DNA of 64,000 nt, taken from the NCBI GenBank assembly GCA_050575255.1, contig JBNZDD010013572.1, forward strand, positions 1,296,439 through 1,360,438. The letters are read 5' to 3'. A program made the position numbers and the translations under genes. This stretch comes from Harriotta raleighana. Its lineage: Eukaryota. The notes beneath the pieces were generated by a model. That model was not told the origin of the DNA, ran no database searches, and saw only the letters and a list, made by a program, of their open reading frames with translations. Positions 1 through 13,524 of this stretch are shown here, one piece after another. Each line of letters begins with the position of its first letter. Positions within the stretch are counted from its first letter, which is position 1.

Positions 1-158
1 AGAGGGTCACATCAGCCTGGGGAAGGATTCAAACATACTGATGATGTTAGTTTAATTTGATTCCTATTAATAGTTAATCAGTGCAAACTGCTTTTAAAAC
101 TCACATTGACTGCTAACTGTGGCATTCCTTTTCATATCTTACAAGGTAACCTATACAG

Positions 159-457
159 TAATAAGAATAATAACCCTTGTATTTGGTAGCGTGCTTTTCA
201 CATGTTACAAATGGCTCAAAGAGTTTCACAGAATATGCTGTATACTGTGGGCGAAATGTGGCAGCCAATTGCGCATAGTCGTATCCAACAAACAATAGTG
301 GATTGAAAATGACCAAACTATTATAGTTGTTTTTTCAGGGACTATTATTAGGCATGTGGAGTAAGGATACCTGCCCAACGTTTCACCCTGCCTGGAATCG
401 AACCCAAGTCTTTTGCTTGCAAGAAAAATGCTCTGACAACTAAGCTACCGGATTCCA
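159..457 (-). mobile_element. tRNA-derived Deu-domain SINE (young family), near full length
   Basis: On the minus strand: tRNA-like head with A/B-box-like motifs, Deu-like core (..aattggctgccacatttcgcccaca..), L2-like tail ending in (ATT)n; matches more than 10 other copies in the window. Confidence 0.85.
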
Positions 458-539
458 CATTACAGTTAAGTTGAAAATCGTGGCGCCTGTTGCATTGATT
501 TTTATTGATATTAACTATTATTTTCTTGATGAATGAATT

Positions 540-680
540 GGAGATAGTTGATGGCAAGGATATCCCTAATTGTGACCACCACTTCTCCCAATGTCTTCAG
601 GTCTGCATCAAGCTTCACCATTGTTAAACTCTCTGAGACACTACCCCACTTGAAGGATACTGTATAATGCAAGTTGTTGT
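540..680 (+). mobile_element. Old L2 LINE 3' end fragment
   Basis: ctctctgagacact..gaaggatactgtataatgcaagttgttgttg resembles the L2 tails elsewhere in the window. Confidence 0.5.
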
Positions 681-1873
681 TGGAGTCAATAAAGAACATT
701 TAAACTTTCGATTATGTACATATTGCTTTTGTGTCTTTATTGTCAAGAAGCATTAATATTAGTGGCATGGATCACTTTGTCTTAGATTTTGCAAAAATAT
801 AGTTTTGCAATCAGACACAGACGAGTACGAGACAGACCCTATTGTTTGTTAATTTATCTCCTGAGATTACAGAGTGAGCAATGTCACACAATCTGTACTT
901 TTATGATATAAATATCCTTGCCAAGTACTTTCCCAAAATTGTAACCTATTTTCCAGGCTATTAATCCAGGTAATTTTCTCAGCCATATGTTTATATCAAA
1001 AGATACAAAATGCACTTGCTAACTTTCTCTAACAAATAAAAATTGATAGGCTATCAAAATAAATTCCTTAGTTAACCAGAAAATTATAATATTGCTTCCC
1101 TCCAGCAATTGTATGCAAAATATTTCTGGATATTTATTGAATAACCTTCGATAGAGATCTTTAGCCCAATTCAGGAGTGAGCATTAGGACCGTCAAAGAA
1201 GTCATAGATTTAAACTTGTGTGGATATCCATTGCTTACATTTAAATATACTGTACTAATTTAGCTGGTGGACAGTCCTTGATTACGGTTTGCCTTGCTAA
1301 GGTAAGTACATGTATATTGAATCATATTCTTAGACTTAGATTGCACCTTATCTCTAGCTAATCCTGCATCTCTATATAAATATGAGATGCATGTAACTTT
1401 ATATACAGTATATGTATAAATGGTACTAACAAGCAAAGGCTGGATTAGCGTTTGGTTAAAAAGGATTGCAATTTATGTGTCTTAGACGTATATGATCCAA
1501 ATACTCTGTGGAATAGTTTTTCTGAACCCTTGCTACAGGTTGAACACATATTGTGAGGTTAAATTGATATCCTAGAGTGTTACTAAATCATCTTTAGGAT
1601 TCAGAGAGAAATTTCCCAGGATTGGATGTTTCCCCTGAGGTTATTCACCTCCTTCTTGAGATGTAGTAAGTCAGTGTCCATGACAGTCTGCATTAGATGG
1701 AAGAAGTGACTTCAGTGGCTCAAGTTATCACTTCTCGTTCCACATATCTTTCTGTTCCCAATTGCTTGAAAAAGATAATAGAAAGGAAGTCCTACAGGGT
1801 GCTAAACCAAAATGTTTTTTTTTTTAAAATTCCCTGAGACTAAAACAGAAATAATGTGTTTTGAAACAAGAGA

Positions 1874-1973
1874 TGTCCCTTTGCATAATGGTTAATGTGC
1901 TTGTCTCAAAAGCATGAGGACCCGGGATCGATTCCCAGGGCGCAAAACCTTGGCCACGTTTCCTTACTCATGC
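1874..1973 (+). mobile_element. tRNA-SINE 5' head fragment
   Basis: taatggttaa..gggatcgattccc..aaaccttggccacgtttccttactc matches the SINE head. Confidence 0.65.
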
Positions 1974-3214
1974 AATACACATTATGTTTGTTTTAATATT
2001 TTTATATTTGTTCAGAGAAAACTGAATCATATAACACCTCACTGACATCACTAATAAGTTAAAAGGACTGTGTTGTTGCAATTTACACCCACATTCCATC
2101 ATTAAAAACCTTAAACTTTAAAATCTTAACAAAAAAACATAATATATTAGTGAAAACAATGAATCTGGAAGACAGGGAAATCCTTTAAGAACAAAACACA
2201 AATTAAGCCCCATAATGGTGTAATTCAATGTATGTCACCGATCTGCATATTCATGATTTCATTCTGAGAATTAAATAATTCATAAAGCTACTCCACTTTT
2301 ACTATTTCTCCTATATCTTTCCAGTTATTACCGTTATTATCATGCTTTAATCCTTTACAATGCCAAATCTCCAAACAAAAATGTCAGACAAGTAGTACTG
2401 CAATGCGTATTGAAATGAAAGGAAAATGTAGCATGAACTGCAGACATGAAAAGCTTTCAGAAAAAGAAGAGTAAATCAAAAAGTCCATGGTACATAGTTG
2501 GCACAACCTTGTCTTGGTATTGTGCTTCTTTTGTGCACAACACAGGATAGGATTGTAAACCCGATTTTTTTCCCAGAGCTTTTTTTTAAACGTAGGCTAC
2601 CTCATAGAAATGGGAATCACCATCCAGCTCCTGTGTGTACAATATGGATCTTTTAATAAAGTGGTGTATCATCTCCAAAGAGCAATTACCACAATCTTTG
2701 GAGCTATCAACATTGTGTTTAATATTTGAGATGGAATCATGATACACAATGAGTCATGGGTGACTAATATCATGGCCCCTTTTCCAAGCTGTAATAACCA
2801 TTGGCTATAAATTCAACAAGGAAACACTGAGCTGATGATAACAGACTATCAGAACATTAATGCCTTTCTGACATTCAGTCAGACATTGTGCTTGTAGACA
2901 TACTTCAACCTTCATGCCAACATTTTTTATATACTTCAGCTTGATCCTTTCATTTGTGGTCAGTCTTTCACATGTCACTATCACTGAGCCATTTATGTCA
3001 GACACATTTTAGCACCTACATTCTCAAAGGTGATTTCTACATTCTTAGAAACTGCTACAGTTCTCTTCTGGAACACTATTTCAGATTTGGCACAGACAAA
3101 GGGAACTGATGATCTCTTTTTTCTGAATGCAATTCAATCTGTTCTGGCAGTTGCCTGTGACTCAGAACGCACTGTGAAAAACCGTACCAGAGAGAGCAAA
3201 CGCAGAGTAACTAC

Positions 3215-3450
3215 TTTGTCAGATTTGTTTTGGGAGCCTTTATCCCACAGTCCTTTTACCTTACTCCCTCCCTTGCCTCCTTCAAGATCCCCTCTAAAAC
3301 CGTGCCTTCGGCCACTCTCCTACCCCTAGCCTCCCTACCTTCCACCCTCCCTGATTCAAACCTCCTGCTTGGGTCCAAATTCCTAACTCTCCAGTGGCAT
3401 GGGACGTTCTCCTGACATGAAAGGCGCTATACAAATGTAATTTGGTGTTG
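3215..3450 (+). mobile_element. L2 LINE 3' end
   Basis: ORF2 C-terminal remnant (LTPSLASFK), C-rich 3'UTR, tail gggacgttctcctgacatgaaaggcgctatacaaatgtaatttggtgttg. Confidence 0.75.
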
Positions 3451-3599
3451 TGAGGCCATAGATAGAGATGATAATGAATAGACATGAAACATTGGAGCAG
3501 TGTGAAGATAATCTTCTGAGGTTGGAGTTCTGAGACCTGAAACTCTACATAGTCTCAGCCTGTAATGAGAGCATCATTATTAATGGATGCCCTCTCCAC

Positions 3600-4603
3600 C
3601 ACACTGAGCCAGTACAAAAGCTTGATGTCTTGTTTGACCCTCAAGTGTTATTTAAACCCCACATCTATTGCCCATTCTGCGTTCCCCCACTTCTGCAACA
3701 TTACCCACCTCCACCACTATCTCCCCCTCAGACTGCTGAGACCCTCACCCATTCTTTTCTTGGATCCAAGTTTGTCTATCCTAACTCCCAACTTGCTGAT
3801 CTTCCCATCGCTTTCTTCCTGTAGTTCAGTGATCAGAGCACTCACCTTACAAGCATGAGACATGTGTTCGAATCCAGGCAGGACAGGGCGAAACCTTGGG
3901 CAAGTTTTCTTACTCCACATGCTTAATAATAATCCCTCCAAAAAAACACAACAGTAAAATTGGTCATTTCAATCCATGATTGTTTGTGGGACACTGGTGT
4001 ACACAATTGGCTGCCACGTTTTACCCAAAAATATACAGTCAATTCGCTTTACAGCATATTCTGTGAAGTGCTTTGAGACATCTAGAAGATGTGAAAAGTG
4101 CTATATTAAATGCAATGATTATTATTATTCCACAGGCTGCAGATTATTCAGAACTCTGCAGCTCATGTCCTCTCTCCGCTAGGCTCCATGGGCTGCTCAC
4201 CCCTATCCTCACCCAGCCCACCTAGCTCCCCATTCCCCAGAATCCTTGTCCTCAGTTTTAAAGCTCTCCAGGGTTTTGGTCCTATGTACCTCTGTGACCC
4301 AACTTGTCCGCTCGGCAGGCACTTGCCTGCTCCACGTATCCCACCCTCCACCATCAGCAGTTTGGTTTTCAGCCTTTCTATACCATCCTCTGGCACTCCA
4401 TCTCATCCCATCACCAGGGTTTTTCAAGACCTATTTCAAGACCTTCCTCTACAACCATGCCTTTGGTCATCTCCCTCCTACTCCACACTCCCCACCTTAA
4501 CCTCCAGTTTGGGTGCAAACCTTTCACTGTCCATTGCCTTGGAATGTCCTTGTGACATGAAAGGCACCATATAAATATATAAATATAATAATTGTTGTTG
4601 TTG
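3600..4603 (+). mobile_element. L2 LINE 3' fragment interrupted by a SINE
   Basis: ORF2 remnants (FDPQ..PHI; RILVLSFKALQG; FKTYFKTFLYNHAF) and (TTG)n tail; SINE inserted at 3817-4129. Confidence 0.8.
3817..4129 (+). mobile_element. tRNA-Deu SINE nested in L2
   Basis: tcctgtagttcagtgatcagagcac..gttcgaatcc head, Deu-like core, (ATT)n tail; L2 sequence resumes on both sides. Confidence 0.9.
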
Positions 4604-6142
4604 GACCATTTTGGCCTAAAATTTGATTATGCAGAAACGTAGAAAATTAATAAATTCAGCCCTAATTCACAAGCAGTTTTTCTGCAGTTCTTAAAAAGAG
4701 TCTGAACCAGGATTGATTTTAAGAATTTGTCACATTTCTGTGCAATCTTGAATTTTAAGCCAAAAGGGTAATCGAAATGCAGCACAAAAATACTGTACCA
4801 GAGCTTGGAGGATTTATTGCACAACGTGGGCAGGTGTTTCCTTTTTGTTTGGCACTTATGCCTGTAAAATAGTTAATAAAATGAGAAACATCAGTCAAGT
4901 ATCAGACCCTATTGTAACTTGGTCTCAGATATATATATAGAAGTAGGATTCTTTGATGCATTAGGAAAGCTTCATGGAAGGGATTTTACAGTAGATTCTT
5001 GANGTGTTCGAATCCAGGCAGGACAGGGCGAAACCTTGGGCAAGTTTTCTTACTCCACATGCTTAATAATAATCCCTCCAAAAAAACACAACAGTAAAAT
5101 TGGTCATTTCAATCCATGATTGTTTGTGGGACACTGGTGTACACAATTGGCTGCCACGTTTTACCCAAAAATATACAGTCAATTCGCTTTACAGCATATT
5201 CTGTGAAGTGCTTTGAGACATCTAGAAGATGTGAAAAGTGCTATATTAAATGCAATGATTATTATTATTCCACAGGCTGCAGATTATTCAGAACTCTGCA
5301 GCTCATGTCCTCTCTCCGCTAGGCTCCATGGGCTGCTCACCCCTATCCTCACCCAGCCCACCTAGCTCCCCATTCCCCAGAATCCTTGTCCTCAGTTTTA
5401 AAGCTCTCCAGGGTTTTGGTCCTATGTACCTCTGTGACCCAACTTGTCCGCTCGGCAGGCACTTGCCTGCTCCACGTATCCCACCCTCCACCATCAGCAG
5501 TTTGGTTTTCAGCCTTTCTATACCATCCTCTGGCACTCCATCTCATCCCATCACCAGGGTTTTTCAAGACCTATTTCAAGACCTTCCTCTACAACCATGC
5601 CTTTGGTCATCTCCCTCCTACTCCACACTCCCCACCTTAACCTCCAGTTTGGGTGCAAACCTTTCACTGTCCATTGCCTTGGAATGTCCTTGTGACATGA
5701 AAGGCACCATATAAATATATAAATATAATAATTGTTGTTGTTGGACCATTTTGGCCTAAAATTTGATTATGCAGAAACGTAGAAAATTAATAAATTCAGC
5801 CCTAATTCACAAGCAGTTTTTCTGCAGTTCTTAAAAAGAGTCTGAACCAGGATTGATTTTAAGAATTTGTCACATTTCTGTGCAATCTTGAATTTTAAGC
5901 CAAAAGGGTAATCGAAATGCAGCACAAAAATACTGTACCAGAGCTTGGAGGATTTATTGCACAACGTGGGCAGGTGTTTCCTTTTTGTTTGGCACTTATG
6001 CCTGTAAAATAGTTAATAAAATGAGAAACATCAGTCAAGTATCAGACCCTATTGTAACTTGGTCTCAGATATATATATAGAAGTAGGATTCTTTGATGCA
6101 TTAGGAAAGCTTCATGGAAGGGATTTTACAGTAGATTCTTGA
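3864..6142. other. 1139-bp tandem duplication across a single-N gap (probable assembly artefact)
   Basis: 3864-5002 is repeated at 5004-6142 with N at 5003; ORF track shows identical ORFs offset by 1140. Confidence 0.9.
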
Positions 6143-6827
6143 TTAGCTCAAATCATTAAAGCCCTCCTAGCTGGAAGAGGATGTGTCATGGAAAGGTGAA
6201 CAACAGAGCAACAGGATGGCTGAGGCAGGGCAATGATAAGATAAATCTTTATGGCTATTATTGATTCAAACAAATCAGAGAATGCATATATTCCAGGAAA
6301 CAACTATTGGCAAATATTCATTGTACTCTTGTTAAAATAAAAAAAAGTGAATGAACAGGGTTTGATTTTCAACCTTCCATAATTACAGTTTCAGGCGATG
6401 ACAGTCTTAACTGCCTTGAGGCCTGCTGTTGACTGCTGATTCCCTTCAGACGTGTTCCTCTGTGCTGAACTTCACTATGCCAGGGGTGAAGATTACTGTG
6501 CACATCTGGATCCAGGTTAGGTCTACAAGACAGATGTAAAAAAAAACACAGGCCGGAGGAGCACTGTGCATTTCTTTCTACAGAGATCTGATGAGGGGAG
6601 TGCTAAACTTTGAAACTAAAGTCATGCTGCACTATCAATTGAGAACTGAACTGAAACAACATATAATGACATGAACCCCATTTACAGAGATCTGGAAGCC
6701 TCAGTATGTTTAGTATATTTGTCCTACTTCACAGGTCACTGTTAGAAAAGGAGGGCTTTTTACTTTTACAGCAGATCTTCCTCCAACTAGCAGGGCTTCA
6801 ATGTTTGGTCATGAAGCCTCATAAAAA

Positions 6828-7320
6828 ACAACAGCAACATTGTGCACTTATATAGAGTCCTCCACACCGGGTAGTGTCTCACAGCGCTCAACACTGGCGG
6901 AGCTTGACTCAGAGCCTGGGAGGTGTTCAGTGGGGGAGGTGGCTATAAGCATAGTGAAGAAGAAGGTTTTCAGGTGGGACCTGAATGAGGGTAAAAGTGC
7001 ATTGAAGTATCCAAGTGGGAGGTGACAATCCTATGCCCAAGGGTTTTTGTCTGCATTTGGGATAAGGTATGTTCAGAGGCAGGCAATGTGGTGGAGGTGG
7101 AAGAATGCAGTCCCGGTCAGAGATCGGATGTGGGGAGGAAGGGCAGCTGGGAGGCGAACTGGATGTCTAGATTGCACATTGGCTCATTTAGTCTGAGGAA
7201 GAGCCCAAGAAGGTTGAGGAGCTTAGAACCATAGGAGTGAAGACTTTGACGACTTGTCCATGTTCAGCTATAGGATGTTTACACTCATCCAGGCCTTGAT
7301 GTCTGCCAGACAATTATTGA
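6828..7320 (-). mobile_element. L2 LINE 3' fragment, internally deleted
   Basis: (CAA)n tail at the left end, L2 3'UTR, RT C-terminal remnant. Confidence 0.7.
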
Positions 7321-7387
7321 AACATGGCTTATTTAAACATTTTTGGATGCATTTCTCAACACAGATTCAGTACGTTGAGAAAGGTCA

Positions 7388-8680
7388 ACAACAACAACTT
7401 GCTGTATGGATTGCCTTTCATGTGCAACTATCTGCATCCACAACTATTTATGAGACACATAGGGGAGCATCTTGGAGGGCTGAACAATTTGACACCAAGT
7501 CAGGGAGAGTGGGGATGTGACCTAAGATATGGTTGAACAGGAAGACCATCTTGAAATGTGATCTGAAGGATGGAGGAGGCAAGATGGAGGGGTTAAGGAA
7601 AAGTGTTCCATAGTTTGGGAGTCCAATGGCTTAAGGACAGGGGATGAGGGAGTTGAAAGAAGCTGGATCCAACTGAGTGAAGGTGGTGGAGGAAGCAGGA
7701 TAGAGTGGTAAGGAGGTAAACAGCAGGAAGTGATTTCTAAATCAATGGGAAGATATTGTAATCAATCTGTTCAGTGAAAGGGAGCCAGCAGAGCCTAGCA
7801 ATGACTGGGTGATGAGGGTATGGAGTTTGATAGGGGTGAGAATACAGGTGGAGGAATTTTCAATTTGTTGTGGAGAATGATGAAGCTGGGAAGGATGGCA
7901 TTGGAATAATCAATTGGGAGGTGATTAAGGTGTAGATACAGGTTTTGACTGTGTTGGGTGTGAGGTATGGTCAAAGGCAGGCAATAAGGTGAAGAAAATT
8001 GGTCCTGGTCAGGGACTGGATGTGGGGTAGGAAAGATAGCTGGGGATCAAATCTACTAAATAGATTACACACAGGTTTGGTAAGTCTGAAGGACAGGCCG
8101 AGGAAATTGAGCATGTCAGCGCCATAGTAGAGAAGATTTTGACGAGAACCAATGAATATGGCTTCCATCTTATCAACATTCAGCTGCAGGAAGCTAAATG
8201 GTAAATGGAATTAGGATAGAAGATCAGCCATGATCTTATTAAAGGACAGGGTAGGTTGAAGGGGCCAAAAGGCCTACCCCTGCTTCTACTTCTTATGTTC
8301 TAAAGTTGCTGCTCATCCTGCCCTTGATGGATGACAAGCCAGCTGACAGAATATCAATGGACTTGGAGTCACAGCTAGAGGAGAGATTTAGGGGTCATCC
8401 CCATATATGTGGAAGTTTACCTTGTGTCTGTGAATGACATCAGTGAGACAGTGCCTGTGGAAGAGACATAATTGTCTGTGTCAAACACAGAGGAGAGGGC
8501 CAGGAGGACTAGTATGTAGAGGGAGCTCAGATCACAGAGACAGAGAGAACTTGTGACTTTGCTAAGTATTTTCTCTGACATGTGGACAGCATTGAAACTG
8601 GATTGGAGGGCTTGAGTAGAAAGTTCAGGGACAGGTGTGAGTGAAATTGGGTGGCCACAACAATCTTCAAGACTTTAGAA
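7388..8680 (-). mobile_element. Old L2 LINE fragment
   Basis: ORF 7971-8168 (EAIFIGSRQNL..RFDPQLSFLPHIQSLT) is L2 ORF2-like; (CAA)n tail at 7388. Confidence 0.8.
8194..8301 (+). mobile_element. CR1-type 3' tail inserted in L2
   Basis: gatcagccatgatcttatt..aggggccaaaaggcctacccctgcttctacttcttatgttct; same family as 17280-17420. Confidence 0.7.
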
Positions 8681-9127
8681 ATGAATGGCCAAGTTTAGGC
8701 CATTTCCTGCCCTTACAATGTTCCTTTTGATTTGATTTGGAATGTAAATTAAGGCAAGGAAAACACCTTCTATCTCCTTCTGCACAATTACAGCAGAAGC
8801 ATAGAAACTTGTGATGTTATCATTGCAATTAAACAAACCAAGAATTCTCGACTGGCCTACAGATGTGAACACTCTTCCCCATTTCCCTTCTAGCACACTG
8901 ATTTAATAAACCTTGCATTGTTTGGACCAAATTTAGCTCATAATATTGCTGGCTGTTATTTTAGTGGTGGTATGAAAAAACTTCAGAATGGGCCAGAAAG
9001 ACTGAAAGAAAAGCAATGGTATTTGCTTGTTTGTGAAGCAAGGCATAACAACAGGGTTCAAAGAAGGAACTTGGGCAGGGTGATTCCTGACATCATAATC
9101 CACTTACAATGCTATCAGTGATGGAGA

Positions 9128-9459
9128 TGGAGTTCTGCAGCTTAGAGGTTAAAGCACTTGCATCGCAAGCTAGAGGACATTGGTTCAATTCACAGGGGGG
9201 GCAAAACATTGGACAGGTTTGCTAACTCCACTTTCCTCTGTTCACCTGGCAGTAAGTAGAAACCTGAAAGTTATTCAATTCATGGGTTGCTTTTCTGTGG
9301 TGATAAACCCTTAAAAATAAATTTGGTCAATCAATTTATGCTACTGTTATAAGTAATTGGCTGCTGAGTTTTGCCCACAAAATATTCAGTTAATTCACTT
9401 TACTGTATATTCTGTTAGGTGTTTTGAGACGTCTCAACAACATGATAAGGCACTATATC
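9128..9459 (+). mobile_element. tRNA-Deu SINE, long (older) variant
   Basis: Head, extra internal segment cctctgttcacctggcagtaagtagaaacctg.., Deu-like core, L2-like tail. Confidence 0.8.
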
Positions 9460-9489
9460 GATGAGGCGATGAAGCGCTATAGAACGAGG

Positions 9490-10345
9490 GAGAATTTCGT
9501 CCAAGTAAATATCAACAAGACAGAGGCTCATGTTAGTACCTCAGCACCTCAGGCACTGACAACATCAGCATTCAAGGCTATTCTCTCCACCTCTCGAAGC
9601 CAGTCAGGAATCTGGGCATCTTGTTTGACCCGAATTGTCCTTCCTCCCTCATATCCACGCCATGACTGGTGCAGCCTTCCACCACCTCCGTAATATCACC
9701 AGACTCCACCACTACCTCACCCCCCCATGCTGCTTAAACACTCATCCACACATTTATTACATACAGGATCAATTATGGGAACTCTCTCCTCGTCAGCCTT
9801 CCCAGCTCCTCCTTTCACAAGCTGCAAATTATTCAGAACTCTGCAGTTCATGTACTCTTCCGCACTAGACTCCGCGACCACATCACTCCCTCCCTCACCC
9901 GTCTCCAATGGCTCCCCATCCCCCAGAGGATCGAATTCAAGATCCTCATCCTCACTTTCAAGACCATTCACGGTCTTGCCCCCGCCTATCTCTCTGACCT
10001 CCCGTCTCCCTATCAGCTTGCCTGTCCCCTCCATTCAGCGTCATCCGCCCTAACCGCCCTACAATTGGTGGCTGGGCTTTCAGCCTCTCTGCTCCCACAC
10101 TATGGAACTCCATTCCGCAATCCGTTCGCCTCACTTCTCCCTTTCCTCCTTCAAGGCAGGTATTAAGACCTTCCTCTTTGCCTTCTGCTGCCCTCCTAAC
10201 TCTTCCCCCTCTCCTATTCTCCTCCCCCTTCCCCTTACTCCAACACCCCCACCCCTCCCCTCGGGTCCCGACCTAATTGTTCAGTGCCTTCCCAACGTGA
10301 AAGGAACTCTATATATATATTGTCTATATCTATATATTGTTGTTA
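9490..10345 (+). mobile_element. L2 LINE 3' fragment
   Basis: NFVQVNINKTEA; FLPHIHAMTGAAFHHLRNITRL; SSFKAGIKTFLF; C-rich UTR and tail. Confidence 0.85.
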
Positions 10346-11689
10346 TATCCAATACAATGATAGTTATTATTAAGACAATTAGCTTCTGCTAATTATTAGC
10401 TTCTGCTTCACAGTTGTGCTACAATGTTCTGTGAAAATATTTACCACAAAGAAAAAAATCAGACCATCATAGTTACAACAAAATGAGCTCAAGTCTTCTG
10501 TATGAAAGGATTTGCTGGAAAATCGCTGGGTACAGGTTTTAACGTAAGAAATATTGCAAACATTGTTTGCTTTTCAGTAGAAGTGGAGCATCTATAGAGG
10601 CACGACTACATGCTGGTGTTTACCCAATAGCAGCAAACAAAGAGAAATGCTGCTGAACACTGGGTCCACTTCATGAATATTTACAAACTGGTTTTCTGGA
10701 GATTAATTAAACACGGGGAAATGTAACCCCTAGCTTGTCTTCAAGGGTGTTTAGGAAAAGGAGTTGTGGGAATTTTCCAGGTGTGCCACATCCCTTCTCA
10801 GATTTTCTGTAAATATTCCTCCTGCTTCTCCATTATTTTAGTAAATAACATTGAAAGAGTCTGTGGTTCAACTGGCATATTCAAAATAAAATCCCAAATA
10901 CAGTCGTGGGCTTTCCTTCTGGCCTCCAATAAAGATTATAGGACTACCTCAAGTCAAAATGGTAACTATCCTTTTCCATAGTCTTCACTGTAGGTCATTC
11001 TTTTAGTTTCCTTTGCTTCAATGGATCAAACAAATATTTTACTGTTACTAAACTACCAGGAATTACAACAACAGCAACAAAGTTACACTTCTATAGCACT
11101 ACGTCCCAAGGCGCTGGGCAGATAGTATTTTAGATCTGAGCTAGAGGTCAGAGTGGAAGGCAGTGGAACAAATACAATCGCGTAATTTAAACTGCAACAC
11201 AACGTCATACGTTTGGCGCACCAGTAAGCCTCTGGTTTTATTTTTGATTTTGTTATTTGGCACAGTAACTCAGTGCTCAACAATCACTTATACTATGGCG
11301 TGATCAACAAGGAAAAAGCAACCTGTCCAGCAGTGTATGAATCTCAATCAGACCAGGCATGTACTGAGGCAAGTAAGTGACTGGAAATAACTCACATTAG
11401 ACACTCCTCTTATTGAAACTGCTCAACACCATCATTGATTATTGAAAAGCTACTGCAGTGCAGACATAACACTTTTGCCTTTTGCATTTACGTCTTAAAT
11501 AGTGGGAACAAATATTGGTTTTTCGCCATTCACCTGAACTAATCTGGAGACTCCACACAGTCCTCAAACACACAGGTGGATCTAGTGCAAAAAAAATACT
11601 ATTTTTATTAAGCCAACTCATAATAGCCTTAAATGTACACCCTATCTTCTGTCCTCTTTCCTCAAAACCAATATTTGTTCCTACCATTG

Positions 11690-12790
11690 AAGTTTCAATA
11701 AGAAACTTGATGGAGGCAAGGCGGAGGGACTGTGGGATGAAGATCCACAGTGTGGGGACAGAGAGGCTGAAAGCCCAACCACTGATGGTAGGATTGTCAG
11801 ACGGGAGATGTGGAGAAGACGGGAGCCTGCTGAACGTAGAGGATGGGCAGGTTTGTAAGGAGATAGCAGGGCAGAGAGATAGGAAGGGGCAAAGCCGTGA
11901 ATGGCCTTGAAAGTCAGGACAAGGATCTTGAATTCAATCATCTGGGGGATAGGAGTCAATGGAGCCGGGCGAGGGTGGAGTGATGAGGTAACGGAGCCTG
12001 GTGCGGGAGAGGACACGAGTTGCAGAGTTTTGAATGATCTGCAGTTTGTGAAGGGAAGAGCTGGGAATGCCTACTAGGATGGAGTTTCCATAGTTAAGTC
12101 TTGATGTGATGAATGCATGGGTGAGGGCAGCCTGAGGTGTGAGGCAGTGGTGGAGTCTGGCAATGTTATGGAGATGGTGGAAGGCAGTGCTGGTCATTGT
12201 GCAGATGTTGGGGAGAAAGGACAGATCAAGGTCAAATAAGACATCTAGGTTCTTCACTGGCTTCAAGAAATGGAGTGTGGCCATGGATGCTGTTGCTGCC
12301 AGTGTCCCAAGTGCAGAGGCACTGAAGCGAGCCATTCAGGAGGGCCTCAGTCTTGCTGGAGTTCAGCTGGAGAAAGTTGTCCTTTGTCCAGGACTCAATG
12401 TTGGACAGGCAGGCAGTCAGGACACTGGTACTCCTGGAATTAAGGGTGGAAGTGGAGAGAAAGAGTTGGATGCAATCCTCATAAATATGTAAATTTACCC
12501 CATATCTGTGGATGATGTCACCAAGGGGGAGCATGTAGAGGGTGAAGAGGAGGGGCCAAAGACAGAGCTCTGAGGAATGCCACGCAAGACTGTGCAGGGC
12601 CTGGAAGAAAAGCCGTTGGCGGACACAATGTGGAGACGATGTGAAACTTAGGACCTGAAACAGTCAAGGACAGAACCTTGAAAATTGAGGTGGGAGGAGA
12701 GACTGTGGAGGTGGTTTGGTTGTCCAGTGTCGAAGGTGGTGGATAGATCGAGGAGGATGAGAACGGAACCGTGGTCACAAATGGTCAAGA
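11690..12790 (-). mobile_element. L2 LINE ORF2 (RT) fragment
   Basis: MLPLGDIIHRYGVNLHIYEDCIQLF (decayed YADD motif), NFLQLNSSKTEA, HAFITSRLNYGNS. Confidence 0.9.
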
Positions 12791-13524
12791 TATCATTGGT
12801 CGGGAAGCTCCTTTGTCAGACTCCAAACAGTTATCAGCAAAATAATCTGCTATGTGGAAGACATAATAATAATGATGTAAAATTATGCTGAATAAAATAA
12901 TTTGTAAGTGGGACTGAAGACTTGAGACATGAGAAAAAACTGGAGGTCGGAGAGATTCTCCTGTGATCAACAGCTTGGAGATGTTAATGCATTTTAAAGT
13001 GATGTGAAAAATTTGAACGTACTTAGAGTAGGTACTTCATTCATGAAAGTTGACACTGCATTGGCCCATGGTTACAAACTGTGGAAAATCCCAAATAACT
13101 GGAAAACACAGTCAAAAATAAGCAAGCATCATCTGGAGATGGACATTGAGATCATGCATAAAAACGAAAATGCTTGAGGGTACATGATTATTGTAGAGGT
13201 AGATTTCCACTTTGAATGGAAAGCCAAGGGCAGATTAGAGTGAGAGTTTATTGAGAGACAGGTGCTCAAGGATCAACAAAGAGTGAAAAGGGCTGAGAGT
13301 GCAAACTCAGGGATCATTCCAAGCTAGAGAGACTGAACACTTGTGCACGCAACAATTGCTGATGGCAGCTCTTACTCCAAAGGGAAGGCTTTTAAATGCA
13401 TTTCAGTGAAGTCTGTTATGGCTTTAAATCATGCACTTGTTCTTGATACCCCATGTTATGGCAGAATATTTGGAAGCTCTGGGGCTGAACAAAATTAACA
13501 GCTATGAGGGAAACTGCTGCCATC

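Noticed and set aside
3976-5964. Duplicated gene cluster
   Set aside because: SINE/L2-derived ORFs duplicated across an N gap
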